Positions 57,521 through 64,000 of a stretch of DNA of 64,000 nucleotides are shown in pieces. The notes under the pieces were generated by a model. The model saw nothing but the letters and a program-made list of their open reading frames with translations, did no database searches and had not been told where the DNA came from. How positions within the stretch are numbered: the stretch's first letter is position 1; each line of letters begins with the position of its first letter. Made by a program: the position numbers and the translations under genes. The DNA is from Kiloniellaceae bacterium (GTDB lineage Bacteria; Pseudomonadota; Alphaproteobacteria; Kiloniellales; J153): the NCBI GenBank assembly GCA_021776135.1, contig JAJFGL010000030.1, positions 27,763-91,762 of the forward strand, read 5' to 3'.

Positions 57521-57765
57521 GGCGCGCGGCCCAGGGCCATGACGCTGGCGCCCATGGCGGCCGAACCGAAGGTCACCGCCAGACCGAAGAACAGCAGGGT
57601 TAGGTAGAGCAAGCCATTCTCGTCCGCCGCCGCCAAGCCGCGCAGGCCGCCGATGTCGGTGGCGACGAGCAATCCGCCGAAAACCAAGGCGGCCAAGATT
57701 CCCACCGCCGCGTGCCGGGCCAGGAACCGGACGGCGGTCATGTCGGGGGGGCGCGGCTTGCTCAC
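57508..57765 (-). CDS. Small membrane protein
   Basis: Two TM segments (TDIGGLRGL, TFGSAAMG); GTGA overlap with the upstream gene's stop. Confidence 0.65.
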   Translation of the reverse strand: MSKPRPPDMTAVRFLARHAAVGILAALVFGGLLVATDIGGLRGLAAADENGLLYLTLLFFGLAVTFGSAAMGASVMALGRAPHKK

Positions 57766-58520
57766 GCCAGGTCCTCGTCCCATGTCCCTTCCCCGCCCAG
57801 GGCCTTGACGATGGCGTCCAATTCTCCCGCGGCGGCGTCCAGCCGTGCCGCTTCGGTGGCGCGCAAGACCAGGCGGGTGCCGTAATTTCCTTTGCGGTTA
57901 AAAGGATAACTGCCCATTTCCACATCCGGATAGGCGTCTTGCAAAACGCCCAGGTCTTTCGCGACCCGGCTTTCCGGCAAGGCAACGCTGAGCGAGCGCG
58001 ACAGAAGCGGCTTGCCGCCGACCAGGCGGTGCACGATGCCGTCGAACATGGCCTGCATGATGGCCGGAATACCGGCCATGACGAAGACGTTCTCGACCTG
58101 AAAGCCGGGCGCCGTGCTGACCGGGTTGTCGATCAAATCCGCGCCCTGGGGCGTATGCGCCATGCGCAGCCGGGCCTCGTTCAAATGGCCGGAGGGATAA
58201 TGCGCCAGCAGGCGCGCATGGGCTTCCGGGTGCAGGCTCAAGGGCACGCCGAAGGCCTTGGCGACGCTGGCGGCGGTGATGTCGTCGTGGGTCGGGCCGA
58301 TACCGCCGGTGGTGAAGACATAATCGAAGCGCGGCCGTACATAATTCAAGGTCTCGACGATGACCGCCTCGATATCGGGGATAACCCGGACCTCGGTCAA
58401 GCGGATGCCGATGTCGTTCAGACGCCGGCCTAGAAATGAGAGATTGGCGTCCTGGGTACGGCCGGAGAGTATCTCGTTACCGATAATCAGCACGCAAGCG
58501 GTGACCTGCTTATCCGTCAT
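57762..58520 (-). CDS. CinA N-terminal/MoCF-domain protein
   Basis: IGNEILSGRTQDAN, TTGGIGPTHDDIT, MAGIP. Confidence 0.88.
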   Translation of the reverse strand: MTDKQVTACVLIIGNEILSGRTQDANLSFLGRRLNDIGIRLTEVRVIPDIEAVIVETLNYVRPRFDYVFTTGGIGPTHDDITAASVAKAFGVPLSLHPEAHARLLAHYPSGHLNEARLRMAHTPQGADLIDNPVSTAPGFQVENVFVMAGIPAIMQAMFDGIVHRLVGGKPLLSRSLSVALPESRVAKDLGVLQDAYPDVEMGSYPFNRKGNYGTRLVLRATEAARLDAAAGELDAIVKALGGEGTWDEDLA

Positions 58521-58538
58521 TACCGGTGTTTCCTGGCT

Positions 58539-58958
58539 TCAGTTCTGGCTGTAACCCTTGGCGCTCATGCAATCGCTATAGAGTTTGGAGCGGCGGTTCC
58601 GATTCGCGAAGGTATTCATCCGGCCCCGTATCTCCCCCATCCCTAAGCCTTGGGGATAAGCGTCGAAGGCGGCGCTGCTATCGGATTCCATCCGCTCGTC
58701 ACGGGCGATCCGGGCCCGCGCGAAGCTGAAACAGGATTCCAAGTCAGCACGGTACTGGGCGCTATCGGTGTCAGGGGCGCGCGCCGGCGCCGGCGCGGCG
58801 CCGGAGGCCGAGCCCGTGTCCACGCCGGCGGGCGGCGGCGCCACGGACGTGGATTTCTTGGGGCCCGAGCGGTAAGGCTGCGCGCAAGCGGTCAGTGCGA
58901 AGCTGGCTAGAGCGGCGAGCGCGAGAAGCTTAAGCGGTCGGGATTGATATCGAGTCAA
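58539..58958 (-). CDS. Hypothetical lipoprotein
   Basis: Lipobox LTAC; DLESC...CMSAKGY. Confidence 0.65.
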   Translation of the reverse strand: MTRYQSRPLKLLALAALASFALTACAQPYRSGPKKSTSVAPPPAGVDTGSASGAAPAPARAPDTDSAQYRADLESCFSFARARIARDERMESDSSAAFDAYPQGLGMGEIRGRMNTFANRNRRSKLYSDCMSAKGYSQN

Positions 58959-59096
58959 ATCTCATGCCTTGGAATACGGTGAAAACGAAAAGCGCGGCAA
59001 AACGGCCTCCCTAAAACTGCGTCCTGGACCCCCAAGTTGCAAGCCCTAGGTAAGGGTTCAATTGAATGTTACATCGGGGCGGGGTAACACCGGGCC

Positions 59097-59804
59097 ATGG
59101 ACTTCCCCGATCCCCTGATTCGCGGCCGTTTGCTACGCCGTTACAAGCGATTCCTGGCCGATGTGGAGCTGGAGTGCGGCGCGGCGGTGGTCGCCCACTG
59201 CGCTAATCCCGGCTCCATGACCGGCCTGGCCGAAGCCGGCTGCGAGGTCTGGCTGTCGCCCGCCCGCAATCCGGCTAGAAAGCTCAAGTATTCCTGGGAA
59301 TTGACCACTGCCGGCGGCCATCTGGTCGGGATAAACACAAGTGTCCCCAATGGCTTGGTGGCGAGCGCGCTAGAGGACGGGCGGATCCCTGAATTGGCCG
59401 GTTATCCGACCCTGCGGCGCGAGGTCCGCTATGGAAAAAACAGCCGCATCGATATCTTGCTGGAGACCCCCGGACGGCCGCCCTGCTACGTGGAAATCAA
59501 GAGCGTGACCCTCAAGCGGGGCGCGGAAGCAGCGGAATTCCCCGATTCCGTGACCGCCCGGGGCACGAAACACCTGGAGGAACTTGCCCTCATGGCCGCC
59601 AAGGGCGCCCGGGCGGTCATGTTTTACCTGGTTCAGCGGCCCGATTGCACCCGTTTGGAAATTGCCGCGGACATCGATCCCGCGTATGACAAGGCCTTGA
59701 GCATAGCGCTCTCCCAAGGGCTTGAGGTCCTGTGCTATAGTTGCACCCTAAGCCCTAGAACCATTGACCTGGACCGCCGCCTAGGCTTCGCGCGCCAGGC
59801 CTAA
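59097..59804 (+). CDS. sfsA: SfsA nuclease-family protein
   Basis: RYKRFLADV, HCANPGSM, SRIDILL, VEIKSVT, FPDSVTARG.KHL. Confidence 0.93.
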   Translation: MDFPDPLIRGRLLRRYKRFLADVELECGAAVVAHCANPGSMTGLAEAGCEVWLSPARNPARKLKYSWELTTAGGHLVGINTSVPNGLVASALEDGRIPELAGYPTLRREVRYGKNSRIDILLETPGRPPCYVEIKSVTLKRGAEAAEFPDSVTARGTKHLEELALMAAKGARAVMFYLVQRPDCTRLEIAADIDPAYDKALSIALSQGLEVLCYSCTLSPRTIDLDRRLGFARQA

Positions 59805-59823
59805 TTTCGACAGGACGACCCCT

Positions 59824-60651
59824 ATGGAACATGGCCAACCCGCTAAAATGCCCGATCCCGAGGCCAACCGCATCGTTATCCACGGGGCGCCGGAGTTCGA
59901 AGCCATGCGCCGGGCCGGGCGTCTGGGGGCCGAGACTCTCGACTTCATCACCCCCCATGTGACGCCGGGGATCAGCACCGGAGACCTGGACCGCCTGTGC
60001 CACGACTTCATCGTCGAACGCGGCGCGGTGCCGGCCCCCCTCAACTATCGCGGCTTTCCCAAATCAATCTGCACCTCGATCAACCATGTGGTCTGCCACG
60101 GCATCCCCAGCGATAAGAAAACCCTGCGCGATGGCGACACCCTGAACATCGATGTGACCGTCATCCTGGACGGCTGGCACGGGGATACCAGCCGCATGTT
60201 TTTCGTCGGCGCGCCGGGCGTCAAGGCGCGCCGCCTGGTGGACACGACCTATCAAGCCATGATGCGCGGCATCGAGGCCGTGCGCCCCGGGGCGACCCTG
60301 GGTGACATCGGCCATGCCATACAAAGCTTCGCGGAAGGCGCGCGTTTCTCCGTGGTCAGGGATTTTTGCGGCCATGGCCTGGGGCGCATTTTCCACGCGG
60401 CGCCGAGCGTCCTGCATTACGGCAAGCCGGGCCAGGGCCTGACCTTACAAGAGGGCATGTTCTTCACCATAGAGCCGATGATCAACGCCGGGCGCTACGA
60501 CGTGAAAATACTGGAAGACGGTTGGACCGCGGTAACCCGGGACCGCTCTCTCTCGGCCCAGTTCGAACACTCGATCGGGGTCACCGCGGACGGCTACGAG
60601 ATTTTCACCCTCTCGCCCAAGGGCTGGCACAACCCACCTTACGAGGCCTGA
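59824..60651 (+). CDS. map: Methionine aminopeptidase type I
   Basis: CTSINHVVCHGIP, IDVT, GDTSR, GHGLG, FTIEPM, SAQFEH. Confidence 0.96.
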   Translation: MEHGQPAKMPDPEANRIVIHGAPEFEAMRRAGRLGAETLDFITPHVTPGISTGDLDRLCHDFIVERGAVPAPLNYRGFPKSICTSINHVVCHGIPSDKKTLRDGDTLNIDVTVILDGWHGDTSRMFFVGAPGVKARRLVDTTYQAMMRGIEAVRPGATLGDIGHAIQSFAEGARFSVVRDFCGHGLGRIFHAAPSVLHYGKPGQGLTLQEGMFFTIEPMINAGRYDVKILEDGWTAVTRDRSLSAQFEHSIGVTADGYEIFTLSPKGWHNPPYEA

Positions 60652-60666
60652 CGGCGCGGCTGGCGC

Positions 60667-61356
60667 ATGACCAAGGACCAGGACAAGCCGCACTACCACG
60701 GCCACCGGGAGCGCCTGCGCCGCCGCTTGCTCGATAAGGGCGCGGCGACTCTGGCCGATTACGAGATTCTCGAATACCTGCTGTTCGGCGCCCGGCCGCG
60801 CGGCGATACCAAACCCCTGGCCAAGGCCCTGATCGCCCGCTTCGGCAGCCTGGCCGGTGTGCTCAGCGCCAACACCCAAGAATTGGCCAAGGTGACCGGC
60901 ACCGGCGAGGTCACGATCGCGATCCTGAAAATCGTCCCCGAGGCGGCCCGGCGCATGGCCCTGGAAGAGATCATGGACCGCCCGGTACTCGGGTCCTGGG
61001 ATCAGGTTCTAGCCTACTGCCGGATCGCCATAGGGCGCGAGAAGACCGAGCAGTTCCGCCTGCTGTTCCTCGACACCAAGAACCGCCTTGTCGCCGACGA
61101 AATTCAACAACGCGGGACTGTGAACCACACCCCGGTTTACCCGCGCGAAGTGGTGAAAAGAGCCTTGGAGCTGGACGCCTCGGCCCTGATCATGGTCCAC
61201 AACCACCCCTCGGGCGATCCGACCCCCTCAAAGGCCGATATCGCCATCACCCGCCAGGTCCAAGCGGCGGCGGCGGAACTGGACATCGACCTGCACGACC
61301 ACATCGTCATCGGCCGTTCAGGCCACAACAGCTTCAGGAGCCTGGGGCTGCTGTAG
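60667..61356 (+). CDS. radC: RadC/JAB-domain protein
   Basis: GHRERLR, DYEILE, VYPREVVKRAL, HNHPSGD..PS.AD, HDHIVIG. Confidence 0.93.
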   Translation: MTKDQDKPHYHGHRERLRRRLLDKGAATLADYEILEYLLFGARPRGDTKPLAKALIARFGSLAGVLSANTQELAKVTGTGEVTIAILKIVPEAARRMALEEIMDRPVLGSWDQVLAYCRIAIGREKTEQFRLLFLDTKNRLVADEIQQRGTVNHTPVYPREVVKRALELDASALIMVHNHPSGDPTPSKADIAITRQVQAAAAELDIDLHDHIVIGRSGHNSFRSLGLL

Positions 61357-61483
61357 CAAGACCGCTATCCGGGTAAAAAATTTGCCGGCCTGGAAACGCT
61401 TTGATATAACCCGCCGCGCGCCCTTATATTTGGGTCGTTGTATTCTGAAGGCCGCTCCGGTTTTCTTGACCGGCGGTCCCTGG

Positions 61484-61559
61484 TCCGCGGTAGCTCAGTT
61501 GGTAGAGCGGGTGGCTGTTAACCACCATGTCGCAGGTTCGAGTCCTGCCCGCGGAGCCA
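61484..61559 (+). tRNA. tRNA-Asn (GTT)
   Basis: TCCGCGG/CCGCGGA acceptor stem, TAGCTCAGTTGGTAGAGC D-arm, GTT anticodon, GGTTCGAGTCC T-arm, encoded CCA; 76 nt. Confidence 0.97.
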
Positions 61560-61563
61560 TTAT

Positions 61564-61601
61564 AACAAGGACTTAGGCCACAAATCCTAAGTCCTTGTTT
61601 T
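61564..61601. terminator. Hairpin terminator between the tRNA and the convergent amidohydrolase
   Basis: AACAAGGACTTAGG-N8-CCTAAGTCCTTGTTTT. Confidence 0.75.
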
Positions 61602-61607
61602 ATCCTG

Positions 61608-62834
61608 TCAGAGCTCGTTCTTGTAGAACACGCCGCCCTTGACGATGGCCTTGAAGTTCCGCTCCGGGTCTTGCATCAGCCCGATATCGTCCAGGGGGTT
61701 GCCGTCGATTATCAGCAGATCGGCGCGGGCGCCCGGCGCCACGACCCCGACCTCGCCGACCTCGTTGAAAAGCTCGGCCGCGTTGCAGGTGGCGGCGCGG
61801 ATGACATCGATGGGTTTTTGGATTTCGCCGCGGATCGCGAACTCCGTCATTTGGTACTTGTGCATCGAACCGAGCAAATCGGTCCCGTAAACCAGTTTCA
61901 CGCCGCTTCTGTGGGCGAGTTCGAGCGCCTTGGAGCCGGCGTCAAGAACATCGTAAATCTTGGCGTGGAGTTCTTTCGGCAGGCCGGCCTCGACCCCTTC
62001 CCGGGCCAGGGCGTGATAGGTCGATAGGGTCGGCACCAGAAAGGCGTCGTGCTTGCGGAACAAGGCCACGCTGTCCTCGTCGATCAGATTGCCGTGTTCG
62101 ATGGAGCGCACCCCGCAGGCCAGCGCCCGGTTGACCGCGCGGGCGGTGTAGGCATGGGCCATGACGTAAATCTCCGCCGCCTCCGCCTCCTCGACCGCAG
62201 CCGTAATCTCTTCGAGGGAAAATTGCGTGCTGCCGATGCGGTCCGTGGGCGAGGCCACGCCGCCGGAGACCATGAGTTTGATCTGGGTCGCCCCTTTTCG
62301 GATTTCCTCCCGGCAGGCCCGTTGAACCTCGGCGATGCCATCGCAGATGGCGCCGACGCCGGAGCAACACAGGCAGCCTTCGAAGGCGTTTTCGCCCGGC
62401 GCCCGCATATCGCCGTGGCCCCCGGTCTGGGACAGGGCATGGCCGCAGAACAGGATGCGCGGGCCGCTCAGCAAGCCTTCCTCGACCGCGCGGGCGATAC
62501 CGTGATCGGCGCCGCCGGCATCGCGTACCGTGGTAAACCCGCGCCGCAACATAGCGTGCATGATCTCCCCGGCCCGGGCGGCGACATAAGTGGGGGACAG
62601 GCGGGATATGGCCGCGAAATCCGGGCTTAGGGCGTTCACATGGATGTGGGCGTCGCAAAGCCCCGGCATCAAGACCTTGCCGCGCAGGTCGATATTCCGC
62701 GCCCCGCTTGACGTGATCGGACTTTCTGAAATTTCCTGGATCCGGCCCTCCGCCACCCGAAGATGCCGTTCCGCGCCTATTTCGCCGCCCAGGGTATCCA
62801 GGATCGACGCATTGCTGAAAATGATGTCTGTCAT
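61608..62834 (-). CDS. Metal-dependent amidohydrolase (Xaa-Pro dipeptidase-like)
   Basis: DAHIH, GFTTVRDAGG, KLMVSGGVASP, MAHAY, IEHG, GTD. Confidence 0.88.
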   Translation of the reverse strand: MTDIIFSNASILDTLGGEIGAERHLRVAEGRIQEISESPITSSGARNIDLRGKVLMPGLCDAHIHVNALSPDFAAISRLSPTYVAARAGEIMHAMLRRGFTTVRDAGGADHGIARAVEEGLLSGPRILFCGHALSQTGGHGDMRAPGENAFEGCLCCSGVGAICDGIAEVQRACREEIRKGATQIKLMVSGGVASPTDRIGSTQFSLEEITAAVEEAEAAEIYVMAHAYTARAVNRALACGVRSIEHGNLIDEDSVALFRKHDAFLVPTLSTYHALAREGVEAGLPKELHAKIYDVLDAGSKALELAHRSGVKLVYGTDLLGSMHKYQMTEFAIRGEIQKPIDVIRAATCNAAELFNEVGEVGVVAPGARADLLIIDGNPLDDIGLMQDPERNFKAIVKGGVFYKNEL

Positions 62835-62876
62835 GATGGAATCGATACTGCCCTATCGAAGCCCAGGACTAAACCC

Positions 62877-63521
62877 CTAGAGCTTCGGCCCGTAGTTTTT
62901 GAACTTTTCGGACACGCGGGCGATTTCATCGTCTGAGAGAATGACCGGCTGGCCGAATTGGCGGCTCAAGAAATATTGGCGGGCTAATGTTTCCAACTCC
63001 GTGGCGAGCCAAAGGGCCTTAGCCAGGCTCGGCCCGCAGGCGATGGACCCATGATTGGCGAGCAGGCAGCACAACCGCCCCTCCAAGGCCCGCAAGGCGT
63101 TCTTCGACAACGCCTCCGTGCCGAAAGTCGCATAGGGCGCGCAACGGACCGTGGGGCCGCCAGTGGCGGCGATCATGTAGTGGACCGCCGGGATATCCGC
63201 CCCGGTAATCGCGATCGCCGTGCAGAAAGGCGGATGGGCATGGACCACCGCGCCGATATCGCGCCTATCGCGCAGGATATCGCGGTGAAAGCGCCATTCC
63301 GACGAGGGCTTGTGGGGGCCGGCCGGGGTTCCGTTCATATCCAGAAAAATAATGTCCTCCGGCACCATGGCGTCATAGGCGAGACCGGAGGGTGTGACCA
63401 GCAAGCCATGGCCCCAACGCACGCCGATATTGCCGGAGGTTCCCTGATTAATTCCGCGCCGGTCCATGGCCCGGCAGGCGTCGATAATTTCCTGGCGCAT
63501 GGCGGCTTCGGCTTCATCCAT
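62877..63521 (-). CDS. Class II aldolase/adducin family (FucA-like)
   Basis: GTSGN, TPSG, PSSEW.FH, HAHP, NHG. Confidence 0.88.
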   Translation of the reverse strand: MDEAEAAMRQEIIDACRAMDRRGINQGTSGNIGVRWGHGLLVTPSGLAYDAMVPEDIIFLDMNGTPAGPHKPSSEWRFHRDILRDRRDIGAVVHAHPPFCTAIAITGADIPAVHYMIAATGGPTVRCAPYATFGTEALSKNALRALEGRLCCLLANHGSIACGPSLAKALWLATELETLARQYFLSRQFGQPVILSDDEIARVSEKFKNYGPKL

Positions 63522-63761
63522 GATGAGTCATATTCCTATCCACAGTGGCGCGGCCAAATTGTAGCGGCGGCCAGGCCGGTCAAGCTTGGCGATTTTCATG
63601 CCGCGGTCAACGGCGGGCCGGTTCCAGCGCCTTATACTTCATGACGGGAAGGCTATTTAAACATCGGCGCCATTTGGGTATGATTACCGCAAATAAGAAG
63701 ACGGTCTGGGGGAAGTCGAAACAATTTACACGGCGCCTGGAAAGGGGAGGCTTGAGAAACC

Positions 63762-64000
63762 ATGGCCAAGAAAGCGAGTAAAAAGAATAAGGCGGAAGCG
63801 CCCGCGCCCGGAGACCGGCGTGTGGGCGCCGATATCAAACAGGAAAAGCGCAAGATCCCGAATAAAATTTACGAAAAGGAACTCGCCAAGCTGCAGATCG
63901 AGTTGGTCAAGCTGCAGGAATGGGTGAGGACCAAGGGACTGAAAGTCGTGGTCCTGTTCGAAGGCCGAGACGCCGCCGGCAAGGGCGGCACGATCAAGCG
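63762..64000 (+). CDS. ppk2: Polyphosphate kinase 2 (truncated by the window edge)
   Basis: Manual translation: [19 protein letters not shown]...[18 protein letters not shown]. Confidence 0.92.
   Translation, partial: MAKKASKKNKAEAPAPGDRRVGADIKQEKRKIPNKIYEKELAKLQIELVKLQEWVRTKGLKVVVLFEGRDAAGKGGTIK

Noticed and set aside
60667-62834. radC plus tRNA-Asn as a genomic-island boundary
   Set aside because: sfsA-map-radC is ordinary chromosomal synteny; no integrase or duplicated tRNA 3' end is seen in the window.

Overview
A GC-rich alphaproteobacterial chromosomal segment. CtrA, SciP, ChpT, FlbD, FlbT/FlaF and the gene order point to a Rhodospirillales-like organism. It has five blocks. (1) 1-4.7 kb: the edge of a flagellin-glycosylation locus, with a CBS-nucleotidyltransferase, a methyltransferase, a Maf glycosyltransferase, a relic of a second maf and a MITE. 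(2) 4.9-34.6 kb: a polar-flagellum, cell-cycle and chemotaxis cluster (flbT flaF fliS-like fliK flgD flgE sciP fliFGHN motA flbD flhA flhF flhG fliK-like, fliI fliJ, ctrA, cheA-W-Y-B-R, chpT), interrupted by an orphan Fe3+ ABC permease. (3) 34.6-47.9 kb: two convergent formate dehydrogenase systems, one NAD-linked and cytoplasmic, the other Tat-exported and periplasmic with a WD40-cytochrome c fusion. (4) 48-57.5 kb: cysC, a ChaN-family lipoprotein and a 10-gene Mrp-type antiporter operon. (5) 57.5-64 kb: housekeeping genes, tRNA-Asn and a partial ppk2. The best leads are mostly non-coding or missed by the ORF track: an orphan leftward sigma54 promoter that may drive a small RNA facing flbT-flaF; a MITE family whose ends supply stop codons at convergent gene junctions; a 52-aa polyproline ORF just upstream of the mrp operon; a probable AUC start codon inside that operon; and a Fur-like box upstream of a near-consensus sigma70 promoter of the periplasmic FDH operon. 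All calls come from motif recognition by eye; no database searches were run.
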